A stretch of DNA of 64,000 nt, from the NCBI GenBank assembly GCA_951406725.2, contig OX597819.1, positions 103,850,001-103,914,000 on the forward strand, written 5' to 3'. This DNA is from Octopus vulgaris (taxonomy: Eukaryota). Below the pieces are notes generated by a model. The model saw nothing but the letters and a program-made list of their open reading frames with translations. It was not told the DNA's origin and ran no database searches. Positions 16,070 to 30,450 of this stretch are shown here, one piece after another (within the stretch, counting starts at the first letter, position 1; each line of letters begins with the position of its first letter). The position numbers were made by a program, and so were the translations under genes.

Positions 16070-16375
16070 ATGGTGGTGGTGGTGGTGGTGGTGGTGGTGG
16101 TGGTGGTGGTGGTGGTGGTGATGGTGGTGGTGATGGTGGTGGTGATGGTGGTGGTGGTGATGGTGGTGGTGGTGGTGGTGGTGGTTGTGGTGGTGGCAAC
16201 AGTGGTGTTGTCGGTAGTAGTAATATGTTAATCGTGATGACAGTAATGGTGGTAACGCTGGGGATCTTAATGATGGCCGATTTCCTAGCGATAATATTAA
16301 TTGTGGTAGTAGTAGTAGTCGTGTTGACGGCGGCGGCGGTGGTGGTTGCGGCGACGATGGTAGTGGATGGTTAGG
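16070..16375. repeat. (GGT)n-dominated microsatellite
   Basis: Seen directly. Confidence 0.9.
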
Positions 16376-16794
16376 GTGGTTTGGTACAAATTATTTTCTG
16401 ATATTTTTATCACACATAATTTCGCCATAAAAATTAATGCAATAAGATGATGACCTTATATACAATATTGTTTTATCTATTGCTGTTCTTTCTCTCGATA
16501 TTCTCCGTACTAATGGTATTGTTATTGTGGTTATTGTGGCTGCAAAGGTACACTACGTCGTTTTTAACGCTGTTGTTATTGTTGTTGGTAGTGATGGCTG
16601 TGGTGGCGGTTTTCTGTTTCGTTCGTTTTGCTTGTATCATTGTTTATTCGTATTTTGTTTTGTTTTGCTTCCCACATCTTAATTTTCCTCTCATTATTCA
16701 TCTCGCATTTATTAGAAAAAATATGTTTCGTTATTATTGTTCTTGCTATTGTTGTCGTTGTGTTTATTATTGTTATCCTAAAGAAATTATCATT

Positions 16795-16930
<136 letters not shown>

Positions 16931-17379
16931 TGTCCTTGTTTTTTTTTATTTTTGAAGCTTTTGTTTTCATCCTTGTCATTAATATCAATATTAATGACGT
17001 TATCTTTTTTGTATTATTGCACCGTTACTTTTTTATTATTTACATCGAGTTGCAGAGGTTCCTTTTTCCATTCCATTTTTGTTTCTCTATTTGTTTGTTT
17101 TTTTCCTCCTCTTTTTGTACTCTTTCCATCTTTTTCTAACGAAATCCATTTTTCAGCAGTTCTAAGTGGACTGTAGCTCACTGAATTCTTTGATTATCTC
17201 ATCTCCTTGTCAATTGCACATCAGCACCATGAACTATATTTATATGTATACATACATACACATATATGTATACACGCACACATGTGTATGTGCTCACGTA
17301 GCGCGTGCGTAATTCGTAAAGAAATCAAAACAGCACTAATTGATCCAGAACCAATTTACTTTAAAAGAAAATGAATATT

Positions 17380-17591
17380 GGCTTCAAATTTTGGCACAGG
17401 GCCAGCAATTTCGGGGGAGGCGGTAAGTTGATTACATCGAACTCAGGGATCAAGTGGTATTTATTTTATCGACCCCGAAAGATGAAAGGCAAAGTCGAAC
17501 TCGGTGAAATTTGAACTCAGAACCTAAAGACGGATTAAATTCTCCTAGCATATTTCGCAGGGTGCTAACAAACCTGTCAGCTTGTCGCCTT
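17380..17591 (-). mobile_element. tRNA-derived SINE family 2
   Basis: B-box-like gagttcaaatttc on the minus strand; several dispersed copies in the window. Confidence 0.75.
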
Positions 17592-18522
17592 AAGAAAGAT
17601 GAATATTAAAACATGATCAAAATTAAATCTATCCAATAGAGGCAAGAGCGGCAACTGAAATCCTCAACAAATTTCAAAGTAGACTTTTAGCACCGAAATA
17701 TCAGATGATTAAAACTGGAAATTAGCATGCTATAAAGGAAGGGAAATTTATCTGATTTATAGCAGGTAGTGATCCAAATCAGCTGAGTATATTATTTATC
17801 GTAAATACGAGATCCATAATGAATGTATTATTCTATGTATGTATAGTAATGTATGTACGAAGGTCTATCAACATGAACCAATGACCGAAGAAAACTGTCA
17901 AGGGACGCCAGCTTCACAGAAAATAATTAAGAAGTAAGCTCTAATACATTTAATGTGTATAAGCGCTCAATTTTTATCTACCTGGTTATCACATATTCCT
18001 GCTCACTACAAAACTCATTAATTCGTGCAGCATCTTTCCCAGGTCACTTGTTTATCTATCTATTTGTATGTCTATCCTTGTATTACTCTGATTCTCTCTC
18101 TGTATCTCTCCGCCTCTCTCTCTCTCTATCTATCTACAAATCCATCTATGTATCTATCTACCTGCTAATCTCAATCTCCTCATGTTATGCGTGTGTCTAC
18201 ATTCCTAAGTCTGTTTTTTCTCTGTCATTGTCTGTCCGGCACTCTCTCTCCCTCCACCCTCCTCTCTCCCTTTCTCTATCCCTCCCTCCTTTTCCCCTCA
18301 CTCTCTCTGGGTGTGTGTGTGTGTGTCTACATTTGCTTACGTGCATGCGCATGTACGCGCATGCGTGCTTATGCGGAGGACATGACGGGCAGTACCAAAA
18401 ATAAATATTTGTATTTGGTGAAGAAAATAAAAAATAGAAGTAAAAAAAAAACGCGGTGTATCTATCATAAAGTGTGGCAAAATGGACGTTATTATTTCCA
18501 TAGAATTTTACTTTTTAAGTTC

Positions 18523-18567
<45 letters not shown>

Positions 18568-18996
18568 GTGGTGATGGTGATCTAATGAGAGTAATGCATT
18601 CATTTTTATATCTGGTTTCCATTAGGAAATCCATCCGAAATATTAGATATCTTATTCATTAAGTAATTGAATAATTGTCTCCTCTTTGATGAGCGAGAAA
18701 AGAGGGTGGGATGAGATGCAGGCCTGAACTTTTTGTCAATACCTCAATCAGTACTACACAATATTAAATCTACACACTCATTCTGCTTCTATATTCTCAC
18801 AACTCTCGCCCACTCTCTATCTCTCTGTATATATATTTAGAGATATATTTATCTCTTCACATGCAAACACAAGCACACGCACACATACATACACATAGAC
18901 ATAATTTAGTTATGAGCTGCATAAGTAACTAAATATCTGTGTGTTTCGTCCATTGCACTTATCAAACAAACATCTGAATAGTAAATCTATATATAT

Positions 18997-19160
18997 GCAC
19001 AGGCGTGGCTGTGTGGTAAGAAAATTGCTTCCCAACCACATGGTTTTGATTCAGTCCCAGTGCCTGGCAACTTGGGCAAGTGTTTCCCACTATAGCCTCA
19101 GGCAGACCAAAGCTTTGTGAGTAGATTTGCTAGATGGAAACTGAAAGGAGCCTGTCGTAT
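18997..19160 (+). mobile_element. tRNA-derived SINE family 1 (head)
   Basis: A-box tggctgtgtggt, B-box-like ttcagtccc; same family as 35865-36235. Confidence 0.8.
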
Positions 19161-19169
19161 GTGTGTGTG

Positions 19170-19480
19170 TGTGCTACTGCAATAACTTAGAATGCAGAGG
19201 TCCAGAATTATTTAATATCTTACCCAAAATTTTGAGAGAGTTACATGGAATGGGAGTAGACATCTTCAAGAAAAAACTTAATCCCTAGCTGTCCAAGGTC
19301 GCAGAAGTACCTACATCACGCCGAAAAAGTCAAAAGAGAGCAGCAACATCGAATAGCAACATCTTTTACCAAAATCCAGTTACGAAGGAATGAGGAATGG
19401 CTATTGAAAAGGTGATAATAACGGTGGTGCCCAAGCATGCTCACAGACAGTGTGAAACGCTTCAAAGAATAAAAGACCAA
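19170..19480 (+). mobile_element. CR1-like LINE 3' fragment
   Basis: Translation RGPELFNILPKILRELHGMGVDIFKKKL resembles the ORF2 C-terminus; followed by a ggtggtgcccaagcatg...taaaaga tail like the SINE tails. Confidence 0.6.
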
Positions 19481-19496
19481 AGAACACACATACACA

Positions 19497-19580
<84 letters not shown>

Positions 19581-19859
19581 CGACTCCATCATTCAGGGTG
19601 AGTGCTTTTGGTGAGAAAGTTAGCTATGAGAACAGGTACGCGCCGAGCTGGCACGGCGGTAGAAAGTTCAGATAAACACAACTAGGCTTAATATGTGCTT
19701 TTACATGGAGAATATGCGGTGAGAAGTTTCCTTCCAAAACCATGATAACTTCTTCTATATATACATATAACGTTAAAGACTTATTCACTTCCCGTGCGAT
19801 AATACATCTGTTTGTTGTCTACACCACCTGTCTTCCTCTCTCTCTCTCTCTCTCTCTCT

Positions 19860-19904
<45 letters not shown>

Positions 19905-19907
<3 letters not shown>

Positions 19908-20925
19908 GGATGCAGTTTTCACCCTCAAATGCGAACTTCGTCAGGGATACGTGGAAGAAAACCTCTTGAGACAAATTTTGAAGTCGAGAAAATTTTTGAT
20001 CAGGAGTTCAAGAAATACATAATTAAAAAGTAGAAACGCTTCCTTGATGATCACTTCATCTTCTGGGAGAGATCGAATGAAGTTCCAAGTAAATTTCTCC
20101 TCTTGCCATCCATCACACATCAAAAGAAACATCCTATGTAGCATGGCAGGACGCATCTGTACTCTAGTGAGTGACCCCAAATTACGTGAATTCCGACAGG
20201 AGCTCAACGACTTCCTCACAATGCAGAAATAACCCTTAAGATTAATTCTTTGAGGAATTAAAAGGGCGATGAAATTAAGCATCACCCAACTACAGACATC
20301 TAAAGAAAAAAATTAATAAACACACGATCCCGTTTGTTAACCCACACAGTCCTGGAATAACCAACATTTTTCATGCCATAAAATTGAACTTACCTATACT
20401 CCTAAAAAGCTCCAAAATGAAAAATCCGATTGAAAAAAACCTTACGGAATAGAATACGCCAGCCAAAAAATCTTGAAAAAAACACATCACACAAGCAAAA
20501 TTCATATCAGAGAATGAATCAGAATGCTTCGTAAAAGAATGTGATGATAAGAGATGCGGAACATGCAACAACAGCAACAACTTTAGATATTTAGAAATTC
20601 AAGAATGGATTCTAGTTCAAGATAAATGCAGATATGAACTTCAAAACACAGAACCTTATACACTGTAATACCTGCTCCAACTGCAAAGAAAATTACATGG
20701 CCGAAACAAATAATTTCTTCTGCCAACGTGCAAGAATACACAGGCAACATATCCGGCAAGAGGAATTACGCAAGATTCCGTTAAGTAAGCATCTGGAAAT
20801 ATACAGCGACGGAAAATTCAAAAGCTTTCCCTTTTACACGTGTTAACGGGAAGACCCGCAATACCGAAAAGCAATGGAGCTACACTTTATCAAAAAATCT
20901 TCTCCAAAATTGAATGTTTGACAGA
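19905..20925 (+). mobile_element. Penelope-like retroelement (Neptune-type), internally deleted and decayed
   Basis: KRFLDD RT motif near 20035; SCHPSHIKRNI...AGRI; CDDKRCGTC linker; GIY-YIG-like NLIHCNTCSNCKENYMAET...PKLN. Confidence 0.85.
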
Positions 20926-21070
20926 AAACCGGAGAATTTGCATTTTCTATTCTAAATATAGGTCCAATATTGGAAACATGATATTCATCTCGATAAATAT
21001 TCAGGATAAATTCCTCTATTTACATAATATTGAGGCCTCTTTCTTTCTTTTGTTGTCTTACCATTTTTAT

Positions 21071-21126
<56 letters not shown>

Positions 21127-21581
21127 ACATATATATATATATATATAGCATTGAGGTATTCTAGCTTTACGTATTTTTCTAAATTGTAAATATTGTTTGT
21201 TCATGCAAATCATCAAAATTACACAGTGTAGACATAGATATGTTTCCAAACACATAAACCCATAGGCACACACACGCGCACACACTCACACAGACGTACA
21301 CATACACACACACACACACAGATATATATATATATATATATTTAAATTTTCATAGAATTTTTTATCTTCCTTCTGGTTCCTTAAGAAAAAGAAGGAAGAA
21401 GGAAAAAGAGAAAAGAAATATAAATGCTGTCAGCGATGACCGCACCCCATTCTAGGTGAGATCACCATCCTTGAACTCATTTCAATAGACAAGATGAATA
21501 AATAAATAAATAAATAAATGGAAGTCAAAACTGAAGTGGATTCCCTCCCTTCCCCTTTCTACATATCTGTCTATATGTCTG

Positions 21582-21649
<68 letters not shown>

Positions 21650-22196
21650 CCTATCTATCTACCTACCTATCTATCTCCATTGTCCTGGAGCCCCCCCCCC
21701 CCCAAAAAAAAACAATGTTTTCCACTTCTAAACAAAGCAAAAAAAATTGTTTTATATAAATAAACAACCTGTTTTTACATTCACGAAAAATTTGATAAGT
21801 TCGAAAAACGGAAGAAAGCTCTAATAATAATGACTAAATATTGTATATTTCTAGAAACTTAAGATCAGTTCAAATATGTTTGAAAGGTATTTGAACTTGT
21901 TGAGGCTTTTCTCTGCAGTTTGTCGTGGGCAAAAATTTCACGCTTAAGACAAAATATATTAAAACACCATAGCCAGTTCAGAGCATCGTCAATAGATGCA
22001 TTTCGAACTCGTTAGTTCTCTTCTTCAGCCACAAATAAGAATATATTTTTATATTTTTATTTTCTCTGTAACGTTTCGTCATAGCTCAAATTCACATATA
22101 TACACACTTACGCACGCGTCTATATGCAGTCAGAAAAATGTACATACGAACCAACACAGAAACTTTCTCGAATTTATTCGGCTTTCAAATATACCA

Positions 22197-22536
22197 GGGA
22201 CTTATTCTTTTGTAAGCCCAGTACTTATTTTATCGGTCTCTTTTGCCGAACCGCTAAGCAACGGGGACATAAACACACCAGCATCGGTTGTCAAGCAATG
22301 CTAAGGGGACAAACACAGACACACAAACACATACACATACATACATATATATATATATACATATATATATACGACAGGCTTCTTTCAGTTTCCGTCTACC
22401 AAATCCACTCACAAGGCTTTGGTCGGCCCGAGGCTATAGTAGAAGACACTTGCCCAAGGTGTCACGCAGTGGGACTGAACCCGGAACCATGTGGTCGGTA
22501 AACAAGCTACTTACCACACCGCCACTCCTGCGCCTA
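22197..22536 (-). mobile_element. tRNA-derived SINE family 1, near full length
   Basis: Reverse complement of the 35865-36235 copy, with an internal (TA)/(TG) tract. Confidence 0.85.
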
Positions 22537-23171
22537 TATAGTTGCATTTTTCCTTTGTACTATTTCCCTTAAAAAGTATTTTTTTAAAAACCAACGTATT
22601 AGATAATGACTTCCAATTTAGGCACCGGGCCAGCAGTCGATACCATCGAGCCCAGTACTTGTATAATATTAAATGTAATATATACGAAGAAAGAGACGAT
22701 GATTGCAAGTGGAGTAGCTTTGATCATAGATCGGCTTGATCGGAGTTGACCTGGGGCTAGACAACAACAACTGCAACAACAACAACAAGCAAGTGATTGT
22801 TTAGACACAGCGCTACAAAACATTCTACACAAGAACACGCACATAAAACATTCATATCTTTATTATAGTAAATTAGTTTGTCTCAACATTAATTATACCT
22901 TCGTTATTATGCACATTATACATACCTCATTAAGCTAAAACCATGTATTAACTTATCAGTTTCTTTTTTTCACAGGAACAGCCTCGGGGTTGTGGCCATG
23001 CTGGAGCACCACCATGGTGGAGTTTTTAATAAATATAATAGTCGGATTCAGTTGCTCTTAACTTTGTCTTTCGATACGATAATCTATATTATAATGTGTG
23101 TGCGTATTATATTTTGTATATCACCCTTTATATATATTTATTGATATGTTTCATTTATATATTTCATTAGA

Positions 23172-23595
23172 GCGATGGGTTGGCAGAGTTTCTAGAGCAA
23201 CGGAGTGAATACTTTGAAGCATTTTTTCTGGCATTTATGTCCTGAGTTCAAATCCGGGTGAGGTTAACTTTGCTTTTCATTCTTCTGGCATCGATAAAAT
23301 GAAGTATAGAAGTTGATAGTAAGATAAACATACTTCCTCTAAAAATTGCTGTATTTGTACCTAAATTAGAAGCTATTGCGAATGGATTCATTAACGTAGT
23401 GAGTAGCTAGAAATATTCGAGCTCCAGAGAAAATTCTTTGCGGTGTTTCTGCTGGCGCTCTACGTTCGAAGATTAAGTTCCTGAGCTTAACGTTACCCTC
23501 GGTCCATCTGGGGGTAATAAAATAAATTATCACTCAAGTTCTAGGTCAGTGATCCAAACCAGCGCCTTCTCAGACATTGCACCAAAATTAGAAAC
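23172..23595 (+). mobile_element. Two degenerate SINE family 2 copies
   Basis: ttggcagag...ctgagttcaaatcc...tcgataaaat...cctaaattagaa pattern repeated. Confidence 0.55.
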
Positions 23596-24587
23596 CATTT
23601 GTTCTTGAATTCTGTCTATTTTTATACCTACAAATCGGAAAGACAGTAGCTGAACAGTTACTTGAACTCCAAGAAATAACTGCCAAATCTCATTCAAATT
23701 AGAGCTCGTCGTTGGTTTAGTCCATCTGTGTTGACCTGGGATTAAACAAAAGGAAATTTTCCAATATTTATATTTTTTAAATGTCTCTATTGATATTGCA
23801 TCACAACATATATTAGAACATAACTGGAGAACACCTCTCATCTTTATAATCGCTTCAGAATTTTATTGTTAAGAAGAATCCTGCAAATATCGGAGATAGC
23901 CAGGATTTTAAAGAATAAGTACTACTTAATTTTCAAAACCCAAATGTTCTTGACGCATTGTTTTGAAAAGTTTTGTGTTTCTGGACACCGGGTGCTTAGC
24001 GTAAATATGGACCAAACGTTATAGGTATGAAATTATCTCTAATTTGTTTAAAACTTATGGATTTCCTAAGGGTGTTGCAGTTTTACCTCCGATTAGATTC
24101 ATTTGATGAAAGTTAACGAAAATTAAGCTCTTATCAGCTATCTCACTATAAGGATTATTGACTGTACTATAACACCTCAAGCAGAATCGTGTGCTTTAGG
24201 GATGTCAACAACCATTATCCACGTCTATTAATTAGTTCACAGGTACAGTAAAAACGAAACGGGAAAGTAGAATAAATATTTGATTCTTAGAGGCTGAGAT
24301 TAAATAAAGAACAGGACAGGTGGAGCATATACATTTCCGACTGGCAACAGGGTAAGAAAAACAGTCTACTTACAATAATTTTAAAAAAAATCTATTTCAT
24401 TACGATAAAAATAAATTATAAGATTTTCCTTCTCTTTTTCCAACAATCCTCCTCTCTATTGTTCCCTATCAGCCCCTATCAGTGAGTTTATTGAAAGGTG
24501 GGTAAAAGTTGCGAAAATGGCAAGAGTGGAAGGTACATCTCTAAGTGTAGACCTGTGAGTCAGAGAGAAGGAATTGGAGAGGGCACT

Positions 24588-26091
24588 CACATACACATAA
24601 ATATAAGATCCAGGGGTCATGGTGTAGAAATAAATTTAGCTTTAAGCAATCCGTAGTAAATATGAAAACAACTTTCAGGGACAATAGTGGTTTATTGAGA
24701 AGGAAGGCTGTGGAATGTTTTCGTATCAAAGCACGATAAGGTGAAAACAGTTCTTTTTATAATTCACGGTAGACGACCAAGGTTGCCGAGTATGCGAATA
24801 AGAATACAAAAGTTACGGAATGGATTAGCTCAAGACTTAGCTACTCCATTCCTTAACTCTTGTAGATATGTCACCTTAGGCAAATTTCTCCCATATAGAC
24901 TCGGACCGATCAAACACTTGTGAGCAAATTTAATAGACGGGGACTGAAAGAAGCCTGTCGTATGTATATATATATATATATATATATCTGTGTGTGCATT
25001 TGAGTCTGTGTTTGTTCCCTCTCCATCACCGCTTCACAACTGGTGTTGATGTGTTTACGTCCTCGTAGTTTAGCAATTGGACAATAGAAGCCGACAGAAT
25101 GAGCTTAAAGAATAAGTCCTGAGGTCGATTTGCTCGACTAAAGAAGACCCTTCAAGGTGGTGCTCCAGCATGGCGTCAGTGAAATGGCTGGAACAATTAA
25201 AAGAACAAAGTAGGTAAATCATACACGCGCGCGCGAATACATAGATATGAAGTTCAAGAGCCCTGAAAGAATCAGTTACCTTCAGAAGTTTTAAAGATAT
25301 TTCATAATCCAAGGACCAAAAACGGCTGAATGTGCTGCCAAGAGAGATAGATTTTCTACCATTTTTAATACTTTTAATAGTTGGTTTCACATATGTATTT
25401 TCTGCCACAGGTTGGATCATTACAGGAGTATGTTCAGGCTAATGCTCAGTGCGAAAGCTTTGAAAGGTGCAGAAATAGGGTTCCTGTAAATTTTCATATT
25501 TTCAGTTGTTTGAGCAACTGAGTCGCAATCATTCGTATGAAGGAGGTCTCGAAAAAAAGACTGGAAAACTTTGGAATTGCCATCAAGTCGACGCAACTTT
25601 TAGAGACGGCCAGCAGATCGGAACCATACATATATCCCCGAAGAGCAGTTCCCAGCAAAAGCATGTTTAAGAAGAACAGCAAAATTAAAGGTGAACAAGA
25701 ATGTCACCTTACTTGACAGCATTCTCGGTAAGAATGGGTCTCGCCGTCCACCACCGACATTGGACCCTGCAGATGCAAAGACCTTGAGATTGGCAAAATG
25801 TGTAAAGTGAGGATTAGAACAATACCTATTGTCATAGGTGCCCTTGAAATGATAACAAAAGTGGTTCATAGTTATCTGTGTCATTTTCGGGGAAATCCCA
25901 GAATGGAAACTGCTCATATCCTAAGAAAAAACTGCGGAATTTAAAAGTAACAAAACAAAAACAAAAAATTAATCTCTTTTACTCTTTTATTTCTGTCTGC
26001 CATTTGACTGTGGCCATGCTGGTGCACCGCATTTAGTTAGACAATTCGACCCCAGAGCTTACTCTTTGTAAGCTTAGTACTTATTCTATCA
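24588..26091 (+). repeat. Left arm of ~1.5 kb inverted duplication
   Basis: Reverse complement of 28350-29952; paired ORFs 25070..25420(-)/29032..29382(+) and 25494..25682(-)/28770..28958(+) are nearly identical. Confidence 0.95.
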
Positions 26092-26433
26092 GGGAAATAA
26101 TCGGACACTGGAATTCCTCGGTTATCCCTAGAGGCCTTCCTGTATCAGGAGAGCTACATCTCTCTCATCCTCCCCGTTACTTTTCTTTCTAACTTTTGTA
26201 TGCTATGCATACATCCCTTTTTTTTTTCAGTATATACCGTGTATACTTAATTTCTTTCTTTCCTTTTTTATAATTTCATTATATGCATGCTTCCACACTT
26301 TATGTCTGTCTTTCTATTGTCCCCCTCATCCTTCGCATTTGTGGCAAATAAATGAAATCATCATCATCATCATTATTATTATTATCATCATCATCAACAT
26401 TATTATTATTATCATCATCATCATCATCATCAA

Positions 26434-26482
<49 letters not shown>

Positions 26483-27025
26483 GAAAGAGAGCAGGGCATG
26501 CCATCAAAGTGACTCTGGTGTAAAATATACGAAGCTCTGTATTCCCATTATGACTACCCCTCCCCTAATAATGCTATACCAGGTACATGCATTACAGCCA
26601 TATGTGCGTGAGATAGTGATCCTATATCATGATAAACAGCGCATGTCCTCGCTGTTGGGGCCCAGATAGAACGTTCTTCAGGTTGAGTAGCACATACCGC
26701 TAAAAAGGTCTCTGAATATGAGTTGTTTAAGGATGATGAACAAAACATCCATGTTTCGAAAGGTGAATTATCGAAACATCTCAACACATGGCTATGATGC
26801 TCCCCCACTACTTCAGCGCGTGATCAGAGATGCATATATCGTTAGCTTCTAAGGGACATGCTCAACTGGTTAACGTCAAGCAACTAACAAGCGAATCTGT
26901 GGTATTGAGCAGTATGTTTGTTGTAGCCCATCTTTTAAACCAAGGCAAAATAACGTTCATGATAATACTTCTAATCAGTTAAGATCAGAAGCCGTGAGAT
27001 CTACTGCCTGGTACTGCGTCAGGTC
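26483..27025. mobile_element. ~550 bp non-coding interspersed element in a (TAT)n tract (copy 1)
   Basis: Collinear with 48413-48970; both copies are flanked by TAT repeats. Confidence 0.75.
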
Positions 27026-27052
27026 AATTATAATTATTATTATTATTATTAT

Positions 27053-27165
<113 letters not shown>

Positions 27166-27199
27166 TTATTATTATTATAATTATTATTATGATAATTAT

Positions 27200-27742
27200 T
27201 ATTTTTTTTTTTTCTTTCAAATTTGCTTCCATTTCTTGCCGAGTGTCTTCCCGACTCCTAGGGCAAAGAAACTCATAGTATACATTGGTAGGCCATTAAA
27301 CCAAACTCAGTAGTTCGTTCATTTTTTTATTTATTTTTTTTTTTTTTAAGTTAAATTAAAATACATGAGCAGCAACAGTTCTCACATCGACAATGCTCTT
27401 CTCAATACGTGTGATGTACCAGTTAAGACAATCTTTTGCACTTCTTGCAGGGATGGTAAGCCAGGGATCATTCTCATATAATTTTCGGTTCCCTTCTTGA
27501 TCATTCCTAGTGCTCCTACGATCACTGGTATTGTAACCGCCTTGAGATGCCACATTTTCTCAATTTCAATGAGTAGGTCTTTATATTTCCTGAGCTTGTC
27601 AAACTCTTTCGCTGAGATATTATGATCACAGGGGATGCTCATGTCGATCAATAAGCAAACTTTATTGTTTTTTCTTTCACAACAATATCTGGTTTATTGG
27701 CCTTGATGGTTCGGTCTGTATGTACTGGAAAGTCCCACAGAA
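27200..27742 (-). mobile_element. R4/Dong-clade LINE 3' end (restriction-like endonuclease domain and 3' UTR)
   Basis: ILWDFPVHTDRTIKANKPDIV...IDMSIPCD...KLRKYKDL...IPVIVGALG...TSHVLRRAL (ORF 27382..27651); flanked by TAA repeats. Confidence 0.9.
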
Positions 27743-28083
27743 TTGTTACTATTATTATTATTAATATTATTATTATTATTATTAATAATATTATTTTATT
27801 ATTACTTGTTGAGATTTTTGCCCACGATTATGCAAGTTGACGCCAAGTCTCATCCAGGGCTCTCAAGAGACTTCAATTTAGATCAAGTCGCTACTATGAC
27901 AAGGATGTTTGATAACTGCCATATTTTGGGATTTATTTTATACAAAGAATTGTTCTAGAGAATAACTGTAAAAAAAAAATGAAAATTTCAAGTTTGTTTT
28001 AAAAGACGTTTTGTGATAAGATGATTGTATGAGGCTAAGATAATAGTGAAATATATTTTCTATTATGTACATTTAAATGTACT

Positions 28084-28468
28084 GGTTGTGTGGTAAGTAG
28101 CTTACTTACCAACCACAGGGTTCCGGGTTCAGTCCCACTGCGTGGCACCTTGGGTAAGTGTCTTCTTCTATAGCCTCGGGCCGACTAAACCCTTGTGAGT
28201 GAATTTAGTTAGCGGAAACTGCAAGATGCCTGTTGTGTATATACATGTATATGTTATGTTTGTGTGTTTGTGTTTGTACCCCCTCCATCGCTTGACAACC
28301 CATGATGGTGTGTCTGCATTCCCGTAATTTAGAAGTTCGCTAGAATAGACTGATAGATTAAGTAATAGGCTTACAAAGAATAACCACTGGGGTCGAATTA
28401 TCTGACTAAATGTGGTGCACCAGCATGGCCACAGTCAAATGGCAGACACAGATAAAAGAGTAAAAGAG
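28084..28468 (+). mobile_element. tRNA-derived SINE family 1
   Basis: tgtgtggtaagtagct...ggttcagtcccactgcgtggcacc...taaaagag tail. Confidence 0.85.
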
Positions 28469-29528
28469 ATTAATTTTTTTTTTGTTTTTGTTTTGTTACT
28501 TTTAAATCCCGCAGTTTTTTCTTAGGATATGAGCAGTTTCCATTCTGGGATTTCCCCGAAAATGACACAGATAACTATGAACCACTTTTGTTATCATTTC
28601 AAGGGCACCTATGACAACAGGTAATGTTTTAACCCTCACTTTACACATTTCGCCAATCTCTAATTCAAGGTCTTTGCATCTGCAGGGTCCAATGTCGGTG
28701 GTGGACGGCGAAACCCATTCTTACCGAGAATGCTGTCAAGTAAGGTGACATTCTTGTTCACCTTTAATTTTGCTGTTCTTCTTAAACATGATTTTGCTGG
28801 GAACTGCTCTTCGGGGATATATGTATGGTTCCGATCTGCTGGCCGTCTCTAAAAGTTGCGTCGACTTGATGGCAATTCCAAAGTTTTCCAGTCCTTTTTT
28901 CGATACCTCCTTCATACGAATGATTGCGACTCAGTTGCTCAAACAACTGAAAATATGAAAATTTACAGGAACCCTATTTCTGCACCTTTCAAAGCTTTCG
29001 CACTGAGCATTAGCCTGAACATACTCCTGTAATGATCCAACCTGTGACAAAAAATACATATGTGAAACCAGCTATTAAAAGTATCAAAAATGGTAGAAAA
29101 TCTATCTCTCTTGGCAGCATATTTAGCCGTTTTTGGTCCTTGGATTATGAAATATCTTTAAAACTTCTGAAGGTAACTGATTCTTTCAGGGCTCTTGAAC
29201 TTCATATCTATGTATTCGCGCGCGCGTGTATGATTTACCTACTTTGTTCTTTTAATTGTTCCAACCATTTGTCTGACGCCATGCTGGAGCACCACCTTGA
29301 AGGGTCTTTTTTAGTCGAGCAAATCGACCCCAGGACTTATTCTTTAAGCTCATTCTGTCGGCTTCTATTGTCCAATTGCTAAACTACGAGGACGTAAACA
29401 CATCAACACCAGTTGTGAAGCGGTGATGGAGAGGGAACAAACACAGACTCAAATGCACAAACAGATATATATATATATATGAATACATAGATATGAAATT
29501 CAAGAGCCCTGAAAGAATCAGCCTGTCG

Positions 29529-29579
<51 letters not shown>

Positions 29580-29952
29580 GACAGGCTTCTTTCAATCTCC
29601 GTCTATTAAATTTGCTCACAAGTGTTTGATCGGTCCGAGTCTCATGTGGAAGACACTTGCCTAAGGTGACATACCTACAAGAGTTAAGGAATGGAGTAGC
29701 TAAGACCTGGTCTACTCCATTCCGTAACTCTTGTATTCTTATTCGCATGCTCGGCAACCTTGGTCATCTACCGTGAATTATAAAAAGAACTGTTTTCACC
29801 TTATCGTGCTTTGATACGAAAACATTCCACAGCCTTCCTTCTCAATAAACCACTATTGTCCCTGAAAGTTGTTTTCATATTTACTAAGGATTGCTTGAAG
29901 CTAAATTTATTTCTACACCATGACCCCTGGATCTTATATTTATGTGTATGTG
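28350..29952 (-). repeat. Right arm of inverted duplication
   Basis: Reverse complement of 24588-26091 with scattered substitutions and a small insertion. Confidence 0.95.
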
Positions 29953-29979
29953 TATGTCTGTGTATTATGTGGGTATGTG

Positions 29980-30039
<60 letters not shown>

Positions 30040-30119
30040 CCCACAGACATACACAGACATACACATACACATAAATATAAGATGTGCATGTGTATGTCTG
30101 TGTATTATGTGGGTATGTG

Positions 30120-30165
<46 letters not shown>

Positions 30166-30403
30166 CACATACCCACATAATACACAGACATACACATACA
30201 CATAAATATAAGATACATGTATGTATGTATGTGTGTCTTTGTGTATGTATGCATGTATGTATATTTGCATGTATATATGTTTTTATGTATGTATGTATGT
30301 ACTGACAGATGGGGATCTTGAATATAGGTATTTAGATAAATAGATAGACAGATGGACTGATAGAGGCTGAGGTGGTGAGAAAGGAGAACGAGCGAGCGAA
30401 AGG

Positions 30404-30450
<47 letters not shown>

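Noticed and set aside
25410-25730. Exon-like segment (ttttctgccacag|GTTGGA..., VGSLQEYV) in the duplication arm, faintly like a PI 4-kinase type II motif
   Set aside because: In-frame TGA after 36 codons in both arms; no other kinase motifs or partner exons
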